A stretch of 64,000 bases of DNA. It comes from Elusimicrobia bacterium GWA2_61_42. Its GTDB lineage: Bacteria; Elusimicrobiota; Elusimicrobia; Elusimicrobiales; UBA9959. The translations under genes and the position numbers were made by a program. Positions 1 through 9,398 of this stretch are shown in pieces. The first letter of the stretch is position 1; every line of letters begins with the position of its first letter. The DNA lies in the NCBI GenBank assembly GCA_001799615.1, contig MGTU01000008.1, positions 194,749 through 258,748 on the forward strand. Reading direction: 5' to 3'. Below the pieces are notes generated by a model, which worked only from the letters and a program-made list of their open reading frames with translations, was not told the DNA's origin and made no database searches.

Positions 1-736
1 GCATCTTCTCGATCGCTTCGGGGGCCTTGGCCTTGAAGGGCTTGCCGGTCTCCAAAGACAGCGCCTTGGCGTCGATCTCGTCCTTCTCCATCTTGGCGCG
101 GTAGATCTCGCGCTCTTTCGCGACGACGTCCGCGGACACTTCCTCGCGCTTGAGGAACTTGGGGCTCATCGCCACGCTCTGCATGGCCAGTTCCTTGGCG
201 AGGGCCTGCAGCTCGGTTTTGGCGGCGGCGAGATCGCCGTCGAAAGAAAGCTCCACGATGGCGCCTTTGCGGTTGTCGGAGTGGATGTAATAATTGGCCA
301 CGGTGCCGGCAGCGGAGTAGACCACGCCGCGGCGAATCTGCATGTTCTCGCCCATTTTTATGGCCAGGGCCTGCAGGCGCTCTTTGGCCTTTTCGCTCTC
401 AGCGGGATTGGCCAGCGAAGCGTCGGAAAGCATCTCCGCGGCGAGGGCCGAGGCGAAGCCGGTGACGTCCGGGTTCTTGGCCACGAAATCGGTTTCGCAG
501 TTTATTTCTACAAGGGAAAGGGTCTTGCCGTCGGCGGAGGCGTTAGCCGTCACGACGCCTTCCTTCATGGCGCGGTCGGCGCGCTTGGCCAGGCCCGCCA
601 GGCCCTTCTTGCGAAGAAGATCCACTGCCTTGGCTATATCGCCGCCGGTCTCGGTAAGAGCGCCCTTGCAGGCCATCATGCCCGCGCCGGTCTGCGCCCT
701 GAGTGTCATTACCTGTTCGCTGGTGATTGCTGCCAT
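1..736 (-). CDS. tsf: Elongation factor Ts, truncated at its C-terminus by the window edge
   Basis: Reverse translation from CAT 734-736 reads MAAITSEQVMTLRAQTGAGMMACKGALTETGGDIAKAVDLLRKKG..., the EF-Ts UBA-like N-terminus. It sits directly downstream of rpsB, as in the conserved rpsB-tsf operon. It is absent from the ORF track because it runs off the window. Confidence 0.9.
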   Translation of the reverse strand, partial: MAAITSEQVMTLRAQTGAGMMACKGALTETGGDIAKAVDLLRKKGLAGLAKRADRAMKEGVVTANASADGKTLSLVEINCETDFVAKNPDVTGFASALAAEMLSDASLANPAESEKAKERLQALAIKMGENMQIRRGVVYSAAGTVANYYIHSDNRKGAIVELSFDGDLAAAKTELQALAKELAMQSVAMSPKFLKREEVSADVVAKEREIYRAKMEKDEIDAKALSLETGKPFKAKAPEAIEKM

Positions 737-814
737 AATTCGTGTCTCCTTAAGTGAGTTAAGAAAAAGGGGCGCCGGCGTTCACAGCCCGCGCCCCCGA
801 ATTCAAAAAAAGAA

Positions 815-1651
815 TTACTCTTCGGTTCTGACGGGCTCTTCGGCGGGGACTTCCTCGCCGACGGGCTGCCCCATGGCGGCCTGCATTTCGGGAGAGACGC
901 CTTCTTCTCCGGCGGGCACCCCGGCGGCTTCCTGGGCCTGCTGGTGGGCGGCGGCCTTCTCAGCCTCCGCTTCGGCGCGGCCGTCTATCACGGCGTCCGC
1001 CATGGTGGCGCAGAAAAGCCTGATGGAGCGGGCGGCGTCGTCGTTGCCGGGGATGGGCCAATCGAGCTGGTCGGGGTCGCAGTTGGTGTCGCAGACGCCG
1101 ACGATGGGGATCTTGAGCTTGTGGGCTTCCTTGAGGGCGTTGGCTTCATTGACGGGGTCCACGATGAAGACGATGTCCGGCAGGTTGCGCAGGTTGCGGA
1201 TGCCGCTAAGGAGCTTGACCAGGCGGGCCTTCTCTTTGCTCAGGCGGGAAACCTCTTTCTTGGACATGACCCGGAACAGGCCGTCCGTTTCGAATTTTTC
1301 AAGTTCTTCCAGGCGCTTGAGGGACTTGCGCAGCGTTTCGAAGTTGGTGAGCGTGCCGCCCAGCCACTTTTCGTGCACGCAGGAAACTTCGGCGCGGACG
1401 GCTTCCTCGCGGATTATTTCCTTGGCCTGTTTCTTAGTGCCGACAAAAAGGAAAGTCTTGCCCTGTTTGGCGCAGTCTTTCACGAAGGTATAAGCCTTCT
1501 TTATTTCTTTTACGGTCTTCTGCAAATCCAGGATGTGGATGCCGTTGCGCTCGCCGAATATGTAGCGGGCCATCTTGGGGTTCCACCTGTAGGTCTGGTG
1601 ACCGAAATGTACGCCGGCTTCCAACATGCTTTTCATTGATACGTTTAACAT
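815..1651 (-). CDS. rpsB: 30S ribosomal protein S2
   Basis: 278-aa [38 protein letters not shown] is the S2 signature. There is an acidic C-terminal extension. Confidence 0.97.
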   Translation of the reverse strand: MLNVSMKSMLEAGVHFGHQTYRWNPKMARYIFGERNGIHILDLQKTVKEIKKAYTFVKDCAKQGKTFLFVGTKKQAKEIIREEAVRAEVSCVHEKWLGGTLTNFETLRKSLKRLEELEKFETDGLFRVMSKKEVSRLSKEKARLVKLLSGIRNLRNLPDIVFIVDPVNEANALKEAHKLKIPIVGVCDTNCDPDQLDWPIPGNDDAARSIRLFCATMADAVIDGRAEAEAEKAAAHQQAQEAAGVPAGEEGVSPEMQAAMGQPVGEEVPAEEPVRTEE

Positions 1652-1771
1652 TTTTACTGTCCTCCGTGTGTTTTGACTATGATCGTTTCTTTTCCCGCCC
1701 TCCAGGAGCAGGATTTCAACGTTCTTATAATATCATAATCAGGCGGGCCGTTTCAACGGGGCGCGCGCTCT

Positions 1772-1801
1772 TTTACACGGGGGCGGCATATTTCCTATAA
1801 T
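1772..1801 (+). promoter_or_regulatory. sigma70-like promoter TTTACA-18-TATAAT in front of nadE
   Basis: TTTACA at 1772-1777 and TATAAT at 1796-1801. The -10 overlaps the first in-frame ATG (1800) and lies 14 nt before ATG 1815. Confidence 0.55.
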
Positions 1802-1814
1802 GTCCTTCGCGACC

Positions 1815-3458
1815 ATGAAAATAGCTATAGCACAGATAAATCCCAAAGTGGGGGACATCGCAGGCAACGCAGCGCTGGTGGAAGCCTTCGCGCGCCGCGC
1901 CGAGGCTTTGGGCGCGGACCTGGCCGTGTTCCCGGAGCTCGCGCTGACCGGCTACCCGCCCCTGGACCTGGTGGAAAACAAGGATTTCATAGACGAGAAC
2001 CTGCGCGCGCTCAAGCGCCTGGCGGAACTGAAGCTGAAGGTCGCGCTGGCCGTGGGCTTCGTGGACAGGAACCCGGCCGCGAAAGGCAAGGCCCTGCTGA
2101 ACTCGATAGCCCTGCTGCACGGCGGCCGGGTGGCCGCCAGGCGGGCCAAATCCCTGCTGCCGGCCTACGATATTTTCGACGAAGCCCGCTATTTCGAACC
2201 CGCGGCGGAGAACCGCCCGCTGAAATTTAAAGGCGCGCTGATCGGGCTTACGATCTGCGAAGACATCTGGGCCCGAACGGCGCTGCTGCCCAGCCGCCTG
2301 CTATACCGCAACAACCCGGTAAAGACACTGTGCGGGGCCCGGGCGTCCATAGTCATCAACATCTCGGCTTCGCCTTTCTACCGCGGCAAGGGCGCCAAAC
2401 GCCGCGCCATCCTCTCCGGGCTGGCGAAAAAGATGCGGGCGCACATAATTTACGTGAACCAGGCCGGGGCCAACGACGAGCTCATCTTCGACGGCAACAG
2501 CTTCGCCCTCTCGCCCGCGGGCCGGATCACCGCCCGCGCCGCCGCCTTCGGCGAAGACCTGGTCCTGGTGGACACCGACGCCCCCGCGGCCGCCGCCGCG
2601 GCCCCGCAGGACGAGACCGCCGAGATACGCGCCGCCCTGACGCTGGGGATCCGAGACTATTTCCGCAAACTGGGGTTCAAGCACGCCGTGCTCGGGCTGA
2701 GCGGCGGCATAGATTCCGCCGTAGTGGCCGCGCTGGCCGCCGACGCCCTCGGCCCGGGCAACGTAACGGGCGTGCTGATGCCTTCCGAATACACCTCCGC
2801 GCAAAGCGGGACCGACGCCCTGAAGATCGCCCGCAACCTCGGCATAAACACCAGGACCGTGCCGATAAAGAATATTTACAAGGCCTTCCTCGGTGAGCTG
2901 GGCGCCGGCGGCCCCGGGAAAGAGGTTTCGCTTACGATGCAGAACCTGCAGGCGCGCTCGCGCGGCAGCATCCTGATGGCGCTGGCGAACGCCAATAATT
3001 GGCTGGCCCTGACCACCGGCAATAAATCGGAGATCGCCATCGGCTACTGCACCCTTTACGGCGACACCGCCGGGGCCCTCGCCCCCATCGCCGACCTGTT
3101 CAAGACCGAGGTTTACCGGCTGGCGGCCCATTTCAACCTGGGGGGGGAAGTGATCCCGCAAGCCGTGATCGAGCGGCCGCCCACCGCGGAACTGAAACCC
3201 GGACAGAAGGACCAGGACGACCTGCCGCCCTACGCCGAGCTCGACGAGATAATCCGGCTTTACCTGGAGGAGAACCGCGGGCCCGCGGAGATCATCCGAC
3301 GCGGCTTCGGGCGGGACCTGGTGCTCTCCGTGCTCAGGCGCGTGGAGGCCAACGAATATAAACGAAAGCAGCTCCCAATCGGCCTCAAGGTCACCGAAAA
3401 GTCCTTCGGTTACGGCAGGAGAATGCCGATAGTAAAGACCACCGGCTTTATAAAGTAG
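1815..3458 (+). CDS. nadE: Glutamine-dependent NAD+ synthetase
   Basis: N-terminal CN-hydrolase domain (MKIAIAQINPKVGD...) plus a C-terminal NAD synthetase domain with the LGLSGGIDSAV P-loop. The ORF track starts at 1800. I prefer ATG 1815 because the TATAAT overlaps 1800 and homologs start MKIA. Confidence 0.93.
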   Translation: MKIAIAQINPKVGDIAGNAALVEAFARRAEALGADLAVFPELALTGYPPLDLVENKDFIDENLRALKRLAELKLKVALAVGFVDRNPAAKGKALLNSIALLHGGRVAARRAKSLLPAYDIFDEARYFEPAAENRPLKFKGALIGLTICEDIWARTALLPSRLLYRNNPVKTLCGARASIVINISASPFYRGKGAKRRAILSGLAKKMRAHIIYVNQAGANDELIFDGNSFALSPAGRITARAAAFGEDLVLVDTDAPAAAAAAPQDETAEIRAALTLGIRDYFRKLGFKHAVLGLSGGIDSAVVAALAADALGPGNVTGVLMPSEYTSAQSGTDALKIARNLGINTRTVPIKNIYKAFLGELGAGGPGKEVSLTMQNLQARSRGSILMALANANNWLALTTGNKSEIAIGYCTLYGDTAGALAPIADLFKTEVYRLAAHFNLGGEVIPQAVIERPPTAELKPGQKDQDDLPPYAELDEIIRLYLEENRGPAEIIRRGFGRDLVLSVLRRVEANEYKRKQLPIGLKVTEKSFGYGRRMPIVKTTGFIK

Positions 3459-3461
3459 CAG

Positions 3462-4817
3462 ATGCACAAGAAACTCCCCATCCTCGCCCTGGCCCTCGCT
3501 TTTTTATGCGCGGCCGCCCAGGCCCAGCCGCCTAAAAAACGCAAGCTGGTGAAACCCGGCCCCAAAGCCAAGGAAGAACTGGTAAAGCGGGAACCCAGGA
3601 CCAAGGAAGACATCCTTAAAACAGTGGACCGCCCCGTCCCGAAAGACGGCCTGCTGGCCAGGATCCTCAGCGCCATCACCATAGATACCCCCAACGGGCC
3701 CATAATCCCTTTCCCGGTAGTGGATTCCAGCAAGGACCTCGGCCCCAGTTTCGGCATCATGCCGGTGATAGCCATCAGGGACAGGAAGACCAACGATATC
3801 AAGTCGGTCATCGTCCCGTCCGCCAACTACAACCAGAACCTGCGCACCACGCTCACTTACCGGCACTACATTTTTCCCGACGAAAAACGCTATTTCATCC
3901 TGCGCGCCTCGCGCTCGGAACGCGTGGAGCGGGAGCTGATGAGCTATTACTACACCCCAAACGTCTTTTCCTCCGACTTCCGCTTCAGCCTGGAGGCCAA
4001 ACACTGGGTCACGGGCAAACCCTCGTTCTACGGCCTGGGCATAAACTCCAAACGGGGCGACAAAGCCAACTACTCACTGCAGATGACCGGAGAAGAGATC
4101 ATCCTGGACGTCCCGCTGATAAAGAACCTGTTCTTGAACTTCAACCATTCTTTTTTCGCCAAGCGCATAGGACCGGGGCCGGTGGACAACGGGCAGGTAA
4201 AAGAACTCTTCCCGGAATTCTACCCGGCCGCGGCCGAGGCGCACAACTTCCACACCAACCGGTTCTCCCTGGTTTACGACGACACCGACCACCCTTTTCT
4301 GCCCAAGATAGGCACCTACGCCAGCGCGTCGGTGCTCTACTCGAACAAAGCGCTCGGCTCGGATTACGAATACCGCACCTACTCGTTCCAGGCCAAGAAC
4401 TACTATAACTATAAGGAAGAGGGCCGCTTTGTAACGGCGGTGCACTACCTGCTGCAGTTTCAGAAGGGCGACACCCTGCCGTTCTTCGCCATGCCGCAGC
4501 TGGGGGAAAGCACGGGCATGCGCATGGCCGGCGACGGCCGCTTCACCGACCGCGGCAAGTTCGTGTTCACCATAGAGGAGCGGATCACCCTTTCCAAGAC
4601 CCCTTTCTACAAATTCATCAGCGAAACCGAGATCGCGCCCTTCCTGGACGTGGGAACGGTGTTCTCCAAAGTTTCCGGCTTCCGGGCGCGGGACCTGAAA
4701 TACGGACCCGGCATTTCCGCGCGGCTGGTCATCAGGCCGCAGCTGGTGGCCACGGTAGACCTGGCCTACGGCTCCGAAGGCACCAACGCCATCATCCGCA
4801 TAGGCTATCCTTTCTAA
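3462..4817 (+). CDS. Outer-membrane beta-barrel protein, Omp85/surface-antigen (D15)-like
   Basis: Signal peptide MHKKLPILALALAFLCAAAQA. The C-terminus GPGISARLVIRPQLVATVDLAYGSEGTNAIIRIGYPF resembles the Omp85 barrel end with a terminal Phe. Confidence 0.65.
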   Translation: MHKKLPILALALAFLCAAAQAQPPKKRKLVKPGPKAKEELVKREPRTKEDILKTVDRPVPKDGLLARILSAITIDTPNGPIIPFPVVDSSKDLGPSFGIMPVIAIRDRKTNDIKSVIVPSANYNQNLRTTLTYRHYIFPDEKRYFILRASRSERVERELMSYYYTPNVFSSDFRFSLEAKHWVTGKPSFYGLGINSKRGDKANYSLQMTGEEIILDVPLIKNLFLNFNHSFFAKRIGPGPVDNGQVKELFPEFYPAAAEAHNFHTNRFSLVYDDTDHPFLPKIGTYASASVLYSNKALGSDYEYRTYSFQAKNYYNYKEEGRFVTAVHYLLQFQKGDTLPFFAMPQLGESTGMRMAGDGRFTDRGKFVFTIEERITLSKTPFYKFISETEIAPFLDVGTVFSKVSGFRARDLKYGPGISARLVIRPQLVATVDLAYGSEGTNAIIRIGYPF

Positions 4818-4820
4818 TAA

Positions 4821-4851
4821 AAAAAGTCCCGGCAGGGATTTCCCTGCCGGG
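4821..4851 (-). terminator. Intrinsic terminator hairpin after glyS, between convergent genes
   Basis: CCCGGCAGGGA / TCCCTGCCGGG stem at 4828-4851. The plus-strand A-run at 4821-4827 is a U-run on the minus-strand transcript. Confidence 0.7.
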
Positions 4852-4870
4852 CCTTACTGCCAGTTCCCGC

Positions 4871-6949
4871 CTACTGCAGCTGGGACAGGTCGGCGATCCC
4901 CTCGAACAGGTTCACCAGCGACTTTATGAGGTTCAGCCTGTTGTCCCGCACTTTCGGGTCCTCGGCCATCACCATCACCTTCTCAAAGAAATTATCCAGG
5001 CTGCTTTTGATCGAAAGCAGCTCGGAAAGCCCTTTGGCGTAATCGCGGCCGGCCACGTGGGCCGCCAGCCGGCCGGACAGCGCCTTTATGCCGCCGTAAA
5101 GGGCCCGCTCCTCGTCCTGTTTGAACGAATTCTCGTCGGGGGTGCCGCTGAGCGGCAGCTTGGCCTGGCGCAGGATGTTCTTGGCGCGCTTGAACGCCAT
5201 AGCTATGCCGGCGAAGTCGGGGTTGCCGCGCAGCGCGTTTATATCGCGGACCCGGTCGCGGCAGTCCAGCAGGTCGCCGCCGGCCAGGAAGAAGTCCCGC
5301 ACGGCCTTGGCCTCGTCGAACCGGTAGCCGGCTTCCGTAAAGACCGCCTCGGCCCGCTGCCAGATAAAGTCCAGCAGGGGCTCGACGGCCCTGGAAGCGG
5401 CGGCGGGGGGCAGCCCCGCGAACGCGGCGCTTACGGCTTCCTTCAGGTTTATCGTGAGGCCGTTCTCCAGGATAATGCGCACCAGGCCGAGGGCCTGGCG
5501 GCGCAGGCCGTGCGGGTCCTCGCTGCCGGAAGGGATAAGGCCCAGCGCGAAATCGGAAGCCAGCGTATCCAGCTTGCCGGCCAAAGACACCAGGGCGCCC
5601 TCTTTTGAGGAAGGCAGGGGGGACTTGGCCGACACCGGCCAGTAGAATTCGCCGACCGCGCGGGAAGCCCTTTCGCTCATGCCCGAATTCTTCGCGTAAT
5701 AGTAGCCCATCACGCCCTGCAGCTCGGTGAATTCCCGGACCAGGTTGGTGGTCAGGTCTGAATACACGTGGGCCGCGGCGGCCGCGACTTCTTCCTTATT
5801 AACGGCGGCGCCGCAATTCCCGCAAAGCCAGGCGGCCAGTTTCTCCACGCGGGCGGTCTTGTCGGCCATGGTGCCCAGCTTTGCCTGGAAGGTTACGGCC
5901 CCGAGCTTGTCCTTGAAGTCGGACAGGGGGACGGCCAGGTCGCGGGTATAGAAGAAGATCGCGTCGCGGAAGCGGGCCTCCAGCACGTTCTTGAAACCCT
6001 CTTCGACGTTGCGCTGGCCCTTGGACACGCCGTCGCGGATGCCGACGAAGTAGGGCTGCAGCGTCCCGGCGGCGTTCGCCACGGTGAAGAACTTCAGCTG
6101 TTTCTTCATGACCAGATGCACGAGCTCGGGCGGCAGCTTGAGGAAATCCTGGGAATAGCCGTCCACCACGCAGACGGGGTATTCGACCAGGTAAAGGTTC
6201 TCGCTGAGCAGCTCGGGGTCGGCCTCCACCTCGAGCTTCATGCGCTTCGACAGGCGCTCTATCTCGCGGCGGAGGGCCTCCAGCCGGTCGGCGTCTTTGA
6301 CTATCACGTTGGCGTGCTCCAGCGCCTTGAAATATTTTTCGGCCGAAGCGATCTTGAGCGGGCGGGACCCCTTGGCGCTCAGGCCCACGGTAACGCGCCC
6401 GGACTTTACGCCGGCCACGCTGAAGGCGACGGGCTTGTCGCCGTAAAGGGCCAGCAGGCTGCGGATCGGCCGCGCGAAACGGAAACGGCTGGCTTCCCAG
6501 ACCATGTTCTTGGGGAACTGCAGCCTGGCGACGGCCTTCGGGAAGAGCTCGGCCAGCGCCTTCACGGCCGGGCGCCCGGGAACCTTCGATTCAAAAACGA
6601 GGACCTCTCCCTTGTTGGGCACCGTCTCCACGCCGAGCTTATCGGGTGTAGTGCCGCGCGCACGGGCGAAGCCCGCGGCCTGGGGGGTAAAATTGCCGGC
6701 GGCGTCCCTGAGCAGGCGGGCCGCCGGGCCGTAAGCCTTCTGCGTCCTCTCCTCGGTTTTGGAAGGGACGCCGGAAATGTAAAGCACCAGGCGCTTGTAA
6801 GTGCCGCAGGCCTCTATCCCTTCGCAGGGCAGGTTGGCCTCGGCCAGCAGTTCGGCGGCGTATTTTTTAAGCTGTTCCTCGGCGGAGGTGACGAACCGGG
6901 CCGGGATGTTCTCAATGCGGACCTCAAGCAGGGCGTCTCTCTTAAGCAT
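4871..6949 (-). CDS. glyS: Glycine--tRNA ligase beta subunit
   Basis: 692-aa ORF directly after glyQ with an 8-nt overlap. GlyS-like along its whole length. Confidence 0.93.
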   Translation of the reverse strand: MLKRDALLEVRIENIPARFVTSAEEQLKKYAAELLAEANLPCEGIEACGTYKRLVLYISGVPSKTEERTQKAYGPAARLLRDAAGNFTPQAAGFARARGTTPDKLGVETVPNKGEVLVFESKVPGRPAVKALAELFPKAVARLQFPKNMVWEASRFRFARPIRSLLALYGDKPVAFSVAGVKSGRVTVGLSAKGSRPLKIASAEKYFKALEHANVIVKDADRLEALRREIERLSKRMKLEVEADPELLSENLYLVEYPVCVVDGYSQDFLKLPPELVHLVMKKQLKFFTVANAAGTLQPYFVGIRDGVSKGQRNVEEGFKNVLEARFRDAIFFYTRDLAVPLSDFKDKLGAVTFQAKLGTMADKTARVEKLAAWLCGNCGAAVNKEEVAAAAAHVYSDLTTNLVREFTELQGVMGYYYAKNSGMSERASRAVGEFYWPVSAKSPLPSSKEGALVSLAGKLDTLASDFALGLIPSGSEDPHGLRRQALGLVRIILENGLTINLKEAVSAAFAGLPPAAASRAVEPLLDFIWQRAEAVFTEAGYRFDEAKAVRDFFLAGGDLLDCRDRVRDINALRGNPDFAGIAMAFKRAKNILRQAKLPLSGTPDENSFKQDEERALYGGIKALSGRLAAHVAGRDYAKGLSELLSIKSSLDNFFEKVMVMAEDPKVRDNRLNLIKSLVNLFEGIADLSQLQ

Positions 6950-7814
6950 TGGTTTTCTCCTTCTTTTCGGAAGGCTCGTTTATCTCCACGTAGGCCGAGG
7001 CGCAGGCCTTGGCGATGTCGCGGATGCGCTTTATCAGCACCGCGCGCTCCGAGACCGAGATGGCGCCGCGGGCGTCGAGCAGGTTAAAATTCTGGGAACA
7101 CTTCATCACCAGGTCGAAGGCGGGCAGGTAATAGCCCTTGGCCGCCAGGCCGCGGACCTCCTTCTCCCAATGGTCGAAATTAAAGCGCAGGTTCTCCACG
7201 TCGGCTTCCTCGAAGTTGTAATGGGAGAACTGCTCCTCTATTCCTTTGTGCACTTCCCCGTAGGTCAGGCGGTCGGTCCACATGATATCGTAAATGCGCT
7301 TTTTCTTCTGGACGAACATGGCCAGGCGCTCCAGGCCGTAGGTGATCTCCACGGAGATGGGGTTAAGCTCGTAGGAAGCCATCTGCTGGAAATAAGTGAA
7401 CTGCGTCACTTCCATGCCGTCGAGCCATACTTCCCAGCCCACGCCGGAGGCGCCCAGGGTGGGGGATTCCCAGTCGTCCTCTATCCAGCGGATGTCGTGC
7501 TCGGCGTGGTCTATGCCGACGGCCTTCAGGGAATTAAGGTAAACCTGCTGGATGTCGGCGAGCGGCGGTTTTATCACGACCTGGTACTGGTAATACTTGC
7601 CCAGCCGGTTGGGGTTCTGCCCGAAGCGGCCGTCGCCGGGGCGGCGGCACGGCTCGACGTAAGCCACGCTGTTGGGTTTAGAGGTGAGCGAACCGAAAAA
7701 GGTGGCGGGGTTGAAGGTGCCCGCGCCTTTCTCCAGGTCGTAGGGCTGGATGACAGCGCAGCCCTGCCTGGCCCAGTACTGGTTAAGCTTGGAAATTATG
7801 TCCTGGAAATTCAC
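6942..7814 (-). CDS. glyQ: Glycine--tRNA ligase alpha subunit
   Basis: 290 aa. MNFQDIISKLNQYWARQGCAVIQPYDLEKGAGTFNPATF is typical of GlyQ. GTG start with GGAGG about 7 nt upstream. Confidence 0.96.
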   Translation of the reverse strand: MNFQDIISKLNQYWARQGCAVIQPYDLEKGAGTFNPATFFGSLTSKPNSVAYVEPCRRPGDGRFGQNPNRLGKYYQYQVVIKPPLADIQQVYLNSLKAVGIDHAEHDIRWIEDDWESPTLGASGVGWEVWLDGMEVTQFTYFQQMASYELNPISVEITYGLERLAMFVQKKKRIYDIMWTDRLTYGEVHKGIEEQFSHYNFEEADVENLRFNFDHWEKEVRGLAAKGYYLPAFDLVMKCSQNFNLLDARGAISVSERAVLIKRIRDIAKACASAYVEINEPSEKKEKTNA

Positions 7815-7895
7815 CGTTGCCTCCGGAGGCCGCGCTGGGCCTGAATATTTTAACTATTATACCTTACTGCGGGGCGGGGCATGGAGCCCCGCGGC

Positions 7896-8522
7896 TCATT
7901 TGACGAAAGCCAGCGTGCGCAGGTCTATGCCGATGTGTTCGCTGAAGAACCTGGAGAACAGCCCGTCGATAAATTTCGCCGAAGCCGCGTCTTCTGGCAG
8001 TTCCCTGACCTCGTCCCAGGAACCGCCGTGCAGGGTTTCCCAGAAAGCGGCCTCCGGCCCCGCCGCCGTTTCCCTGAAGCCGAACCCGGCCAGCTCGAGC
8101 GCGCGCAGCGTGAACGCCTGGCGCAGCCAGAACGAGCAGCCGCCGGCGTCCAGGTCCGCCAGCGCCCCGAGGAGCAGGTCGTATTTCTCGGGGGAGGGGC
8201 TCTGCGCCGGCGTCAGCCTGTTGACCACCTCGCAGTAATGCATGGCCAGGTAAAGCCGCTCCAGCTCCGTCCTGATGCCGCCGAAAACGCACAGCGTCCT
8301 GCCGCCGGTGCAGACGGGAAAATTGGACCCCTTCTTGAGATAGAACCGGTAGTCGCCCCACGTGACGGCCTCGCTGAGGGCCCGCAGTTTGCCGCGCGCC
8401 AGGCGCACGCTCTTGAAGTTGACCTCCAGCTTGCCGTGTTCCAGCGTGAACACGGTCACTATCCGGTCGTTCTCCCGCAGCGGCCGCCGCTGCAGCACTA
8501 TCCCGTAGTCGCAAAAAATCAT
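7896..8522 (-). CDS. recO: DNA repair protein RecO
   Basis: 208 aa. The N-terminal OB-fold pattern GIVLQRRPLRENDRIVTVFTLEHGKL is typical of RecO. Confidence 0.85.
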   Translation of the reverse strand: MIFCDYGIVLQRRPLRENDRIVTVFTLEHGKLEVNFKSVRLARGKLRALSEAVTWGDYRFYLKKGSNFPVCTGGRTLCVFGGIRTELERLYLAMHYCEVVNRLTPAQSPSPEKYDLLLGALADLDAGGCSFWLRQAFTLRALELAGFGFRETAAGPEAAFWETLHGGSWDEVRELPEDAASAKFIDGLFSRFFSEHIGIDLRTLAFVK

Positions 8523-8562
8523 GATTACATTTTACTAAACATACAGCCGGGGCCGCTTTCTT

Positions 8563-8591
8563 TTGCAATTCACCGGGTTTATTTATATAAT
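8563..8591 (+). promoter_or_regulatory. sigma70-like promoter TTGCAA-17-TATAAT for rpmH
   Basis: TTGCAA at 8563-8568 and TATAAT at 8586-8591. The -10 ends only 9 nt before the rpmH ATG at 8601, and there is no SD. Confidence 0.65.
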
Positions 8592-8600
8592 TAGAACACT

Positions 8601-8747
8601 ATGCTACCTACATACAGACCAAACGTCCGGAAACGGGCAAAACATATCGGCTTCCGTGCAAAGATGAAAACAGCGGGAGGCAGGAAAACCCTCGCCCGCA
8701 GGCGCGCCAAAGGCCGCTGGCAGTTAATACCCATAAAACCCGCGTAA
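8601..8747 (+). CDS. rpmH: 50S ribosomal protein L34
   Basis: A 48-aa ORF below the track cutoff, translated by hand: [48 protein letters not shown]. This matches the L34 pattern (HGFRxRM...GRxxLxRRRxKGR) and the gene precedes rnpA. Confidence 0.93.
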   Translation: MLPTYRPNVRKRAKHIGFRAKMKTAGGRKTLARRRAKGRWQLIPIKPA

Positions 8748-8773
8748 ACGGCTCGGCCGTGCGGGTTTAAACA

Positions 8774-9133
8774 GTGAAAAAGTTCGCCTTTTCAAGAGCT
8801 TCACGCCTGCGCCTCAAAAGAGAGTTCGAGGCAGTTTTCGACGCCGGAAGGAAAACAGTCACCCGGGACCTCGTGTCCTGGAACCGTCCGACCGGCGATA
8901 AAGAAAAAAAACTGGGCCTCATGGTCTCTAAAAAGATCGGCGGCGCCGTGGAGCGGAACAGGTTAAAAAGGCTTCTAAGAGAAGCATTCAGGCTGACGGT
9001 CAGCGAGTTAAAGGAAGGCACGCGCCTTATCATCTACCCCAAAGCGGGCTGCGCCGTGAAAAATCTGGCACAGGCCCGCGTCGCGCTGGAAGACCTCCGG
9101 CGCAGGGCGCGCCTTAACGATGACGGTAAATAA
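8774..9133 (+). CDS. rnpA: Ribonuclease P protein component
   Basis: 119-aa basic protein following rpmH. GTG start. [21 protein letters not shown] is the RnpA signature. Confidence 0.9.
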   Translation: MKKFAFSRASRLRLKREFEAVFDAGRKTVTRDLVSWNRPTGDKEKKLGLMVSKKIGGAVERNRLKRLLREAFRLTVSELKEGTRLIIYPKAGCAVKNLAQARVALEDLRRRARLNDDGK

Positions 9134-9362
9134 AACCGGCACAAGAAATCTTAAATCACTGGCGCTGCTCACGCTGCGCTCGGCATACAGGACTATCAGG
9201 CCGGCCCTAGGGCCCGGAACCTGCAGGTTTCAGCCGTCCTGTTCCGAGTACGCGTTCCACGCGCTGGATAAACACGGGATTTTAAAAGGGACGAGGCTGG
9301 CCGCAAGCCGCCTCTCCCGTTGTCGTCCTTTCTCTCCTGGCGGTTTCGACCCGGTGCCCTGA
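9120..9362 (+). CDS. yidD: Membrane protein insertion efficiency factor YidD
   Basis: [46 protein letters not shown] is the YidD motif. Overlaps the rnpA end. Confidence 0.92.
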   Translation: MTVNKTGTRNLKSLALLTLRSAYRTIRPALGPGTCRFQPSCSEYAFHALDKHGILKGTRLAASRLSRCRPFSPGGFDPVP

Positions 9363-9398
9363 CTCTACAAGAAGCCTTCCGCGGTCGCGGGAGGTTAA

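Noticed and set aside
2301-3467. Long antisense ORFs in the track: 2301-3467, 9282-11093, 20705-22441, 24087-25559, 28058-29305, 30193-31599, 31926-34058, 36882-38468 and 48675-50537. Also many Arg/Gly/Pro-rich alternative-frame ORFs on the same strand.
   Set aside because: Each lies opposite or out of frame to a gene with unmistakable homology (nadE, yidC, ftsI, murF, mraY, murD/ftsW, murG/Ldh_2, pyk, aspS). Their translations are low-complexity R/G/P/A strings typical of GC-rich shadow frames. One of them spans two unrelated genes.
8523-8600. A replication origin, expected because rpmH-rnpA-yidC-jag-mnmE-mnmG-rsmG usually flanks dnaA/oriC.
   Set aside because: There is no dnaA or dnaN gene, no cluster of TTATCCACA-type DnaA boxes and no AT-rich unwinding element. 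The rpmH upstream spacer is only 78 nt and is occupied by a promoter, and recO lies on the other side.
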